Assembly: GCA_964035545.1 (NCBI GenBank)
Contig: OZ037771.1
Location: forward strand, 12,156,480-12,220,479
DNA: 64,000 nt
Direction of reading: 5' to 3'
Source: Bugula neritina
Lineage: Eukaryota > Animalia > Bryozoa
Position numbers and translations under genes: made by a program
Notes under the pieces: generated by a model
Database searches by the model: none
What the model was told of the DNA's origin: nothing
What the model saw: the letters and a program-made list of their open reading frames with translations, nothing else
Shown: piece after piece, positions 28,602 to 39,660 of the stretch
Layout: every line of letters starts with the position of its first letter
Position numbering within the stretch: position 1 is the stretch's first letter

Positions 28602-29284
28602 AAGAATTCAGTACCAGTAAAATAAAATCTCACCCAATTGTGCTAGAGTCAAAATTTAAAAACTATGCTGTAGATCTTCTTTTTCTCCAGGGTAACTTTT
28701 TGGAAATTTCAATTTTCATTTTTTTTGCGAAGTTATAGACAAAAAACTTCCCAATTTTGACCAATTTTGCCTGAAAAGCTGACTTTTCAGTACCAGTAAA
28801 ATATCTCAGCAGCAAAGCATGATATCTGAATAAAAATTGCACTGCTGGAATCCTGAGATATTTCTCCAGGGTAATTTTTTTCTTTTTCCAATAACTCTTC
28901 TAGATTGCCCAAAAATTGGTGATTTATACACTGAAAATGACATATTTTTTCATGGGTAATTAGCAGCGCGCAGTACTTCACGCTTCAATGAGCACGTAGA
29001 GATGAGAAGATATTGGTGCGTACATGCTAATTACAGGCTTGCTAGCTGGCAGGCTATAATGAATGGCTTGCTTTCTACTTTGTTTATGTAGCACCCATAA
29101 TGGAATGTTGATAGATAACACAGCCCTAATGAAGGTTGCTGCTTATTGGTTGTAGTTTGATCTCAGGCTAAACAATTGCAAGTAGGCGACACGCATGCCA
29201 CCCGCAGAGCAATATTATTCAAGAACCTAAACTACATTTTGAGAGAAATTTATGATATTCTTAGTGAGGATGCCCTTAACTGTC

Positions 29285-29289
<5 letters not shown>
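28602..29289 (+). mobile_element. Partial copy of the CAC-ended non-autonomous DNA transposon (right TIR only)
   Basis: Colinear with ~60555-61243 and ends in tgcccttaactgtcctgtg. No left TIR found. Confidence 0.85.

Positions 29290-29359
<70 letters not shown>
29290..29359. repeat. (TA)n microsatellite
   Basis: Pure TA run. Confidence 0.99.
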
Positions 29360-29362
<3 letters not shown>

Positions 29363-29472
29363 TCTATAATTAAAAAATGAATCAAAAGAACTCAATATTT
29401 CGAAAAATAGAGTATTTATATTTGGCGCTGATACAATTTTGGATATAAAATAAACTTGTATATTCATTTTAT

Positions 29473-29522
29473 CGACTACAATATTGTTATTTCACGTAAT
29501 GCAAGCTACGATCATCAGGTCG
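29473..29522 (-). ncRNA. Minimal type I hammerhead ribozyme (PLE 3' region)
   Basis: Minus strand reads cgac-CUGAUGA-u-cguag[cuugca]uuacg-u-GAAA-uaacaauauug-UA-gucg: core boxes, stem II and 4-bp stem I present. Confidence 0.8.
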
Positions 29523-30872
29523 TTGTGCGTACGGTTGAGTGATTTTGTTTTGAAATTAGCATTGTTTATGTATCGCTACGCTGGAATGTCTTAACTAGCA
29601 TCTGTTAAATGCGCAAGTAAAAATCTACGCTTGTGTCTGCACGTGGTGGAGAGCTCTTTTAGTTTGTTGAGGGAGGATAATTCTGGTTGTTTTAAAATCA
29701 TATATTTCTCATAGCTGCATAAGTTACATCTGTTGGTTAGGTTTGAGTATGATTTGCAACTTTTTAAAATATTCCATTTTGGGCTGAATTTCGTGTTGTT
29801 GTCTTTCAAATTCTAGATGTGTCTGCTGAGTCGTGTGCTGTTGGCTTTATCTGCATGTAGGAAAAAGGCTTTATGGTTATTGAATTTGGTTTTGAAGGTA
29901 GTCAAACAGAGTCCTATGTATGAATGGCTGGAATTATTGTCCTGTCTTGTCACAGTCACAGTTTTCTTTGTATAAGCATTTATCATTTAATGGACAGTGG
30001 GAAGGTTGTTTGCAGTTACATTGTGTGTCATTTAGTTTAGTAGCGGTAGTAGGGATGTGTGCAGTTTTAAGTTTGTGCTGGTATAATCAGCAAACAATTA
30101 TTGGACAATATAACCACAAAACTCCTCCAGCATATCAAAGTCAACATATGGAAGAATTCCTACTCAGTAATAAACTGGTTTGAAAACATCAAGAACAAAA
30201 GCAGTAAGTCATTTATTACTTTTGACATATGCAATTTCTACCCATCATTAACCGAAGACCTCCTTTACAAAGCCCTTTCCTTTGCGTCACACTTTACCAA
30301 CATACCAACTGAACACCAGAAAATAATTTTACACTCTAAAAAATCCATCCTTATCTCCAATGGTGAACAATGGACAAAAAAGCACGACAGTAATTTTGAT
30401 GTCACTATGGGAAGCTATGACGGTGCCGAAACCTGCCAACTAATTGGAATATACCTGTTTAATCTATTAACTACTGAAATGAATATAGAATGCAATTTAG
30501 GCCAATATAGAGATGATGGACTCATAGTTTGTGAAGAAACACCTAGACATTTAGAACAGAACAAAAAGCAGACACATCTGGAATTTAAAAGACAACAACA
30601 CGAAATTCAGCTTAAAATGGAATGTTTTAAAAAGTTGCAAATCATACTCACACTTAGCCAACAGATGTAACTTATGCAGCTATGAGAAATATATAATTTT
30701 AAAACAACCAGAATTATCCTCCCTCAACAAACGAAAAGAGCTCTCCACCACGTGCAGACATAAGCGTAGATTTTTACTTGCGCATTTAACAGACGCTAGT
30801 TAAGACATTCCAGCGTAGCGATGCATAAACAATGATAATTTCAAAACAAAATCGCTCAACCGTACACACAAT

Positions 30873-30921
30873 GACCTGATGATCGTAGCTTGCACTACGT
30901 GAAACAATAATTATTGTAGTC
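30873..30921 (+). ncRNA. Minimal type I hammerhead ribozyme (PLE 3' region)
   Basis: gac-CUGAUGA-u-cguag[cuugca]cuacg-u-GAAA-caau[aauu]auug-UA-guc: stems I, II and III all pair around the conserved core. Confidence 0.85.
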
Positions 30922-31031
30922 GATAAAATGAATATGCAAGTTTATTTTATATCCAAAATTGTATCAGCGCCAAATATAAATACTCTATTTTTCAAAATAT
31001 TGAGTTCTTTTGATTCATTTTTGATTATAGA

Positions 31032-31135
<104 letters not shown>

Positions 31136-32189
31136 TGACCATTGCTGTAGACAGATAATTGAATTTGTGCAACTATAACTTTTAAGAGACCACATTGACT
31201 GATATTTCCCAAACTACTCTATTCCTATATCAATTTGATACAAGTTTTCCTGTAACAATCTATTTTCAAAAAATTTAGCGTTTCATTTCCACTTCACATT
31301 CTAGCAATTTGTGCTAAATTCATTAATTTGAATTCCTCCCCCCCCTCCCCCATTGTAGAAGTATTGTTAATAATGCAGTTTAGCAGCCTACAAGTAGTTA
31401 TTAGCCTTAAGCAGCTGCCAAGCTAGCTTCTTGTTTTATAGCTAAGTACCAAAATGCCAATATTAGTGGTGAGTTGGCAAAGTTGGCAAATTTTCTTATT
31501 TACTTCCGTGCTACCAGTTTATTCTTTTATTTATCTTTGCACAGCACAATTAAATATAAAAACATGTTTAAGTAGCAATATTTTTCTTGGTAGTACTTTA
31601 TTTGTTTTTCAATTTATAGACATACTGAAACTTATCAATATCTGTTATCTCGATATGAGGGGTCCATATAAAATGCTGACTCTAGCTTAAATTGTGGTTC
31701 ACTGACATTTTGAGATAATTTTAATGCAGAGAAGCTTCTATTAACTAAACTAATTATACCCAACAGCTCTTGCATTTGTAATTAAGAAAGAAGTAAAATA
31801 AAATGATGGCCAAAATTGTTACTAAATTTTGATAAGCTCAAACTAACCCAAACACTACGCAACATAATGATCATAAGTTCGCCAAAGCCTGTATGGTTAT
31901 TCAGAGTCAAACGATTGGTACGATGGTGCTGAAAATATGCTGAAAGATTCATAGCTAACATCATTGATACTATTAGTTTTGGCCTTAGACTTCAGCTTCT
32001 TCAAAGTTGAACTTAATTTATTTACGCTGCTTGTGATTGTATATTTTAACCAAATGTTTACTGTTCATACTAATACAGTTTAAATATTACTCAACTTTTA
32101 TCTTTTGTTGTAGATTCCATAACATTTTTTAAGAACATGCACTCAAAGAGGCTGAATAGGAGCACAAAAAAGAATTTGATCACTACAAA

Positions 32190-32500
32190 ACTTTGAATCA
32201 TGCTGAGACCTTCAGCCTGCAAGCAGGCGCACTCACCACTACATTACAAGCGTCACTGGGTGCTCTTGACACTACACCTTACCCACTTTTCAAGAACTCA
32301 GCTGCCTTTTTTATACTACTCCTTCAAGCTTCCCTGACCACTCAACTCCTCTCGGAGTACTACCACACTTTACTAACTGCTGGAATTAGTTATAAAACTT
32401 CCCCCTCCCTCCCCCCTCCCCCCTTCCGTACTTGGGTTACTATCACAGACCTCGGACTTGCACACAGGTGTGCTAACCATTACACATCACAACTGCTTGG
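32190..32500 (-). mobile_element. Two degenerate tRNA-like SINE heads (~32193-32260 and ~32430-32500)
   Basis: Minus strand gtaatgtagtggtgagtgcgcctgcttgcaggctgaaggtc and gtgatgtgtaatggttagcacacctgtgtgcaagtccgaggtc resemble tRNA D and anticodon arms. B-boxes are poor. Confidence 0.4.
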
Positions 32501-32855
32501 TTATCGCTACACTACAGAGCAAGAATGTAATGGCACACACTATGGTCTTAGCAGGTTCTGCTAATATTGAGAAAAGTTAACTGAATTTACAGTCGGGGGA
32601 AAAAAATTCTGCAAATGTTTATTTTCATGTTTTTTTGTCTTATTTTAATCTTTAGAAGTTATTTTTTGTTGCATTTCTTATATTCAACTATCATATACAA
32701 TAAAATCCACATTACTATATTCTCATACTGGTTAGAAGTTATGACAAGTTAGTTCAGAGTGATCAGTAATAATTTTTGCAGAAGCTTATTTCCAACAAAA
32801 ATTAGAGCAGCATGGAACATTTATAAGTTCAGCTTGAATATAACTTAATTTGGCA

Positions 32856-33017
32856 TTGAGCATATCTAAGATCATCATGGAACAGAAATAAGATCATCAT
32901 TAAACATATATAATATCACTATTGAACATAAATAAGATCACTATTAAACATACATAATATCACTATTGAGCATAAATAAGATTACCATTGAAAATATATA
33001 AGATCACCATTGAACAT
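32856..33017 (+). repeat. 22-bp minisatellite, ~7 degenerate copies
   Basis: Consensus ttgaacataaataagatcacta repeated head to tail. Confidence 0.85.
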
Positions 33018-34046
33018 AACTTGGCTCATTGTGATAAATACAAAGAATCAACTTCACAACTCTTTATATCAACATTGATCTAACATACTATTCACTGTGA
33101 ACAGTACCTGACACTAATTTCTATTCACTGCTGGTCAATTTAGGAGCCAAAAAACGAGCTGTTTTAGTTGTCAGCTAATGTTCACTCTAACACTAATATT
33201 TCTCTCTGTGTTTACTTATAACTGCTGTAGCTGATAGTTCAGAGGTTAAAAGTATAATTATACATTGATACGGTCCATTGAGCTCCACTTATATTTGCAC
33301 AATTAGATAAGTGTGCAAATATAAAGCTTTTCAAACTATATATATGGTAAACTCTTCACATGTGACATGATGCATATTATTGGTTGGGCATTCTTAAAAT
33401 ATTTGTGACAGTGATTGTAGCAAGTAGCAACCCTGGAGGTAGTTTCATCAAAAAATTTTATTGTTTGCATTATGTTTCAATTTACTATAATCTTATTGCG
33501 ACAAGTATAATATGCTAAAGCTATTAAATTTCAAATTGCAGTCAACCTAAAGACTAATAATAATGTTAATTATAAATTTTTATAAAGTGATTGGTAAATT
33601 ACAAAAGATAAAAATAGTAAACAAACTTTGTCTTGTTTGAAAAGCACTTAGAATATTATTTGAAGTAGTTTCAAAGAAAATCTGTCTAGCATTTAACTTT
33701 GGGGCTACAGTTCAAAATAATTAGCTAAATTATTATAGTGTTTCAGATATAATTATAGTCATAGTGCAATAATCTATTTCAGTAAAATTAAGATGGGTAT
33801 AGTGAGGGTAAATTAACTGCTCCTATTCTGTTATAGTTGTGTCTTTTTCTACCTTTAACACATTTCCATTTACTTCTACCTCTACCTCTACCGTACTTCT
33901 ATAGATTTGGCAAATCTGCAACAAATTATAATGTGAAGAATTTCAACTATGAAAATTGTTCTATATAGCTTTAATCATATTAATATTTTTTACAAATCAA
34001 GCTGAATTCAATAATTTACCAAAAATCATCAAAGTGGTAATTTTAC

Positions 34047-35600
34047 CGTTTAGCAGGTTGAACTTCTTGAGACAGATCCAGGACAGGTAAAATGAGGCTT
34101 GTGCCGAACACTCACTTGCACACACACTTGTTTAGCCTTAAACTCCAGTGGCAATTTTGTTGACATTGACCCAAGTGCCTGCCATACATGGGCTATACGT
34201 TCCCCACATGCACCAGTTTGCTGCCTGTGCTGGTGTTGGACATGCCTACAATAATATTAAATTTTGGGGAAAGATCTTAGTTTCAAAGTAAAAACAATAA
34301 TAATAGCTATTCCTCTTTATTTTTAATGCAGTGAGTTGATGCCTAACTAGAAAGAAAAAAATCTGGATTCACACTCCAGTCTGCCAGGACCATTTTTACC
34401 AGTACCAGTGCCACATGTAGGCGAACATCTTGCACTTGATGCAAGGTCAGTGAAACAGTGAAAACATACCATACTGTCAACTCCACTTGTTGTGAGTACA
34501 GCAGTAACTGCAGGTGCAGCTATGTTTGAAATTACATTTTCAAATTGTGTCATAAAATGTTGCTTGGGGAGCAAAAACTCTTAATCCAAATATAGTTGAT
34601 GGGTTCAGAAAGTTTTCTCAACTTAGACCAGTAATTTGTGTAGAAAATACTAATGCTAGCTAAAAGAAGAACAAAGAAATAAAGAGCAGTTTTAAAGCTC
34701 TCTTTACAGAGTCATAATTTTAAAACAAGAGATTTATCTGTATTACTCACATTCTCTAAAAGAAACTTTCACTGCATCAGTAGTAGTGTTAAGACAAGAC
34801 TTTCGTTTGTGCAAACATCTTTCTTCCATTCAATGCAGCCTTCTTCTTTTATGTCATAACATGGAACAGCGTGCACACAATTTTGTACTAAAACAAAAGT
34901 ATGTTTATGCATTTAAATAAAGTCATTAGCCTATAGCATAATACTGTTGTTTTCCTGCAGCATACTGAGTTGAAAAAACCGCATTGTTTATATAACAATT
35001 CATAAAACTATGATGAAAAATCATATTCGATTTAAACCGTTGTACTATTCTAAAAGTAAGAATAAACTTTAAAAGTTTCAATGCTCTACCGTATTATAGC
35101 TACAAGTATAACAAATGAAGATAACTTACAATCAGCCAAACCTTCTTGTATAAGATCTACAACTAGAAGCGCACCTAAAAATTAAAATAAAACGTTAAAA
35201 ATGCGCACCTTATAGCATTAAATAGGCATTGGTTTAATTTATTCTTTATAGTCCTTTAAAATGCTACTTATAGACGATGTATTTAGCTAAAAAGGTAAGT
35301 GATGACTTTTCTTCTATATGGTAATAGAGCAAAGAAACACCAACAATTATATACAATTATCAATAAAAGTAATATTAAAGAACATATAATTTAAACCTTT
35401 TTTAGTTTTAGCTATGTGTACCTTCTTTTAGTATAAAACTATTTAAGCAACAACCATAGTTTTCTATCAAAAAGCTTTAAAAAACAGAATTAAACTTTGT
35501 TTAACTTATACAGTCAAAATTTACCATAGTCAAAAATTAGTGTAAAAGTTTATTACTTACAAATTGTCGCTGGTTTTCTTGCAACAAATAAAACTCAGTA
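34047..35600 (-). pseudogene. Decayed spliced gene for a Cys-rich, thrombospondin type-1 (TSP1)-like, probably secreted protein
   Basis: AG/GT-bounded exon candidates. 35174-35130 (ttttag..gtaagt): ALLVVDLIQEGLAD. 34887-34751 (ttttag..gtgagt): QNCVHAVPCYDIKEEGCIEWKKDVC. From 34659: contains RCSPTCGTGTG. 34245-34047: ACPTPAQAANWCMWGTYSPC...TCPGSVSRSSTC. Another donor at 35560. In-frame stops and frameshifts present. Confidence 0.65.
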
Positions 35601-36221
35601 ATTCGAGTTCTGTCTTCAAAGCATCTCACAAAATTTAGTGTTCTTGAATTTGCTATATTGACAGTAAATTTACTTTATTTTTAAGCTATACATATACTTT
35701 AATGCACTTACACACAAATGATACTCCTGCCAGCTTTCCTATTTTTGTGCCATTTCTTCTATATTCAAGACAACACTAATGTGACCATAGAAGCTTTGAG
35801 AATTCCGCCCTCACCAATGATTTTGATCAATATCCAAGTCACTGAAATACAAACATCTGAAAGCAGTATATATGCATGATTTTTTCAAAATATGCGCTAA
35901 CCTTGTTGTTGTAATATAATCATATATTCTTGAATTAATCCAGTACGTGTAATAACTATATACAAAAGGCAGCATTTTTTGTTGCCTGTGTTGGTGGAAA
36001 ATGATAAAAAAAATCCATATAGTTAGATATTCAAGGAGGACAAAAGAAGCAACTTAAAAGCAGGTAAATAAAATACCCTCACATCTGAATGCCAGTTAGA
36101 AAAAGGCTACAATTTGTTGGCACAGGATGAATAGACTTGAAAATCTATTACAAAAAACTTCATAATGTTTAATTAACATATAACAATATATAATATATAT
36201 ATAATTAACATATAACATATA

Positions 36222-37753
36222 ACAATATACCGGAAATCCATGAAGATGAAGTCAACACCCAGATAGGAAATATGAAAGCTAACAAAGCCACAGGGCCAGA
36301 CCAGCTACCAATTGACATCATCAAGTTGCTGAAAGAGAGAGGAACTACATGGATGACAGCGTGTTTGAACAATATCATCTCCAAAAGGATACCACCACAC
36401 TGGAGAGAGAGCACGATAACACCAATATATAAACAGAAAGGAGACCCACTAGACTGTGGAAACTACAGGGGGATAAAACTGCTAAGCCACTGCCTCAAAC
36501 TATTAGAGAGGATCATTGAACAGAGAATCAGAGAATTAGTTACAATCAAGCAAAATCAGTATGGATTTCAGAAAGCGAAATCAACCGCAGAACCCATGTT
36601 TTGCTTCCGAATACTGCAAGAAAAGCACAGAGAGCACAACAAAGAGCTCCATATGGTGTTCGTGGACCTTGAAAAAGCCTACGACACTATACCACGTGAG
36701 TTAATATGGCACTGCCTACGGAAACGAATGGTCCCAGAGCAATACATCAACATCATAAAAGACATGTACGAAGATTGCAGCACTAGTGTTAGGACAGACT
36801 CTGGGTTGACAAGCAAAATCCAAATCGAAGTCGGATTACATCAGGGATCGGCACTAAGCCTGCTGCTATATTTATCATAATTATGGATGTCCTAGCAGAA
36901 GACATAAACGAGAACAGCCATGGGCAATGCTATTTGCCGATGATCTGGTCCTGTGCGACAGTAATAGAGAGAGATTAGAAAGAAGGTTAGAGATCTGGAG
37001 AGAGAAAATAGAGGCAGCAGGATTGAAGATAAGTCGAAAGAAAACCGAGCATCTGCCAGCAGTTGGAAACCAAGAAAACATCGGGATGAAGAAGTATGGT
37101 AGTCAGGTTATAGAAAGCCTGCCCAAGTGTTCCAAATTCAAGTACTTGGGCACAACAATCCAACAAGAGGGAGGCTGCCGGAGGGAGGTTGAGCTGAGAA
37201 TATCCAAGGCTTGGAATAAGTGGAGAGAGCTGTCTGGTGTGCTCTGTGACAAGAAAATGCCCACAAAACTCAAAGTGCTGATTTACAAAATAGCTATCAG
37301 ACCAACCCTACTATACGGAAATGAGACTTGGCCCATCACAAAATCTCTGGCAGACAAGATGTCATCATGTGAGATGCGCATGCTGCAATACAGTTTGAAT
37401 GTCAGTTTAGAGGATCATAAGCCAAATGAGGAAATAACAGCAGAAGCGAGAGTGATGCCAATTAAAGACCTGATGAGGAAAAGACGAATGCGGTGGTATG
37501 AACATGTTAGAAGAAGAGAAAGCGAGGAAGACATCCGGAGAGTGTCAGAGATGACAGCTGAGGGAGTTCGACCTAGGGGTAGACCAAAGCAAAGATGGTG
37601 TGATACAATAAACTCAGACCTTAGATGGCTCGATCTAAATGGCGCAGATGCTGAAGATCGAGTTCGATGGAGATGCCTGGTAGAACTTGGTATCAAGCAA
37701 AAACCCGCCACCCGCGCAGGACCACGGCGGTGAAAGGTGACCAAAGGTGACCA
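36222..37753 (+). mobile_element. 5'-truncated RTE-clade non-LTR retrotransposon (family A), RT region with frameshifts
   Basis: ORFs 36272-36880 (KATGPD, NYRGIKLL, QYGF, FVDLEKAYD, GLHQGSALS) and 36927-37733 (LFADD, FKYLG, RPRGRPK). 3' tail (aaaggtgacc)x2. aacatataa flanks both ends (possible TSD). Confidence 0.95.
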
Positions 37754-38617
37754 ACATATAAACAAAATCAATTTAAATTGCAATATGTGGATAGGACATG
37801 CTAAATGAAACTTTTTCATCTTTTTAAGCAACAAACCATCTTTTCCGAGCATAAATATTTTTCACGCTACAAACTTGGCTGAAAAAATGCAAAAGTTACC
37901 AGATTAAAGTTATTGACTTTTATGATAGCATACCAGATACGGCACTTTAAAACACCGCATGCGGTCAGGTATCAGTAGCTTGGAGGTTCAACTGAGAAAC
38001 GAGTGTTTTGCCTCCAGAGAGCAACAGGAAATACAAACCAAATTTTTACAACAAAATAGTATTAAGAAATTTAATTTAATATATAAACTAAAAATGGTGG
38101 TTGGACCAGAAATTGACAGGCAGCAAGTTTTGCCGCTTTATGCACAAACCATAAAAAGAGTTGGCAATGGGCAAAGTAGAAGCTTTTTGCATTATTTAAA
38201 AGAAGTAAATACCAACAAATGAAATTCATATATGTGGCTGCGGAGGACTCTTGACTGAAAAAGTCAGAGAAAAAAAATGAATCAAAAATTTCATCATTGT
38301 TCTTTATTATCGTCTATGTTTTGCCTTGTAATATATGAATCTATATACTAGTATAAACCCCATCATGGGCTACATATTTTTGTAGAAATCTTAAGCAACT
38401 TCATATTTAGAAAAATTTGCAAATTGTTAAATTTTGCAAAAAACTACTATTTTTATCAATGATGAATTTAAAATTTACTAATATTTAATTGCTTTAATTG
38501 TATAGCATCAAAATAAAGCAGATGCATGAAATGAATATTATAATACGTCTAAAAGCTTTGATGATCTTGAGCTACCTTTTTGATTAGGTGAATAAAAACT
38601 ATAGTCAAATCAACACT
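37754..38617 (+). repeat. RTE 3' flank duplicated at 52648-53531 (diverged tail of an array unit)
   Basis: ORFs 37959 and 52853 are near-identical; colinear DNA. Confidence 0.9.
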
Positions 38618-38711
38618 AAGCCCGCTGCTATTTATCATAATTATGGATGTCCTAGCAGAAGACATAAACGAGGACAGCCCATCGGCAATGCTATTTGCCG
38701 ATGATCTGGTC
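38614..38711 (+). mobile_element. 98-bp internal RT fragment of RTE family A at a rearrangement junction
   Basis: Translates as LSPLLFIIIMDVLAEDINEDSPSAMLFADDLV and matches ~36853-36950. Confidence 0.92.
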
Positions 38712-38869
38712 ATTTTATAGCTTTTTTAAAGCCATATATAACTGACTGATATGTGTTTGAAGTTAGCAAATAAAATAAATATTATAATCTACGTACATAT
38801 TTTGATAATATTGAGCTACTCTCACAATTAACTTACTGGAGACTATATAGTCAAATCAATACTGTACAT

Positions 38870-39660
38870 TCCATGCTAAAAGTGCATGCCTGCATGCATT
38901 GTGTTTGAATTGTGTATGTGCTTCTGGTTGCATACTTTATTCAAGAAAGATTATGTTGATTGCGAGTTGTTTTAATTTATTACACTTACAATCATGAAAT
39001 AGTAATTAAAGCATTAAAATCCTAGGTTTAGCTTTGTGAATTTTTTTAATTTTACAGTTGTGAGTAACCAATGCAATAAGAAAACTATTTTGACCCCTAC
39101 TTCCAAATGCAAGCTTTTGACCCAATATTATGTTTTAGCAACAAGCAATAGTTTATAAGACTTTTATCTTATCACAATGCATCAAAAACTAATTCTATTC
39201 TAGTGCAAACTTGTGCAGAAGCTGATCTATGTTATATCATTTGTGAAAGTAGCTGTGTTAGAAACAAAAAAAGAGTTTTAGTAAAAAGAGTGCCTTGTTC
39301 TAAAACTAATACAAATGCAGTGGCATCACAAAAACTCTATTTTGGTGCTACAATTTTGTGAACAACATCTTGGTACTACTGCATTCTGATATATTATATT
39401 TTAATTTGGTTAGCTGTACTTGTTACTGGTTTCAAACTTGTTGCTGCATTGACACTATTTTGGTTTATCTGGGCTATAATTGCCCAGCACCTGTTGATTG
39501 ACTATTATTAATTATTTTTAAGCTGAGCTCCTGTCATTCACAGTAAACATAAGCACATCATTTTAATCAGAAATCAAAGCATTCTAATAGCTAGCTTAAG
39601 CCTTATACACTAATCCACCCAACTGGTACATCTGTTGTATTCAAGTGGTAGATGAATGGT
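38870..39660 (+). pseudogene. Degenerate exons within each array unit, homologous to the 34047-35600 gene (unit 1 coordinates)
   Basis: tgtgcttctggttgcatactttattcaagaaagattatgttgattgcgagtt aligns with exon 35174-35130 plus its donor. ttctag-QTCAEADLCYIICESSC aligns with QNCVHAVPCYDIKEEGC. SCPTGTSAVWKW (units at ~48010 and ~57068) resembles the TSP1 exon start. Confidence 0.7.

Noticed and set aside
32193-32564. 123-aa ORF
   Set aside because: TTG start, spans SINE-like remnants and a C-run, with no domain signal.
34047-34245. Stop-codon reassignment (in-frame TAA in exon-like segments)
   Set aside because: Frameshifts accompany the stops, and all three stop types occur in the decayed copies. 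Ordinary pseudogenisation explains it.
34751-34887. ShK toxin domain call for the Cys exon
   Set aside because: Only the CYD..C..W...C start resembles ShKT. The terminal CxxxCxxC is absent.
37415-37852. 145-aa minus-strand ORF (also 52309-52746, 50344-50769, 50867-51271, 36205-36414)
   Set aside because: These are antisense shadows of RTE coding sequence.
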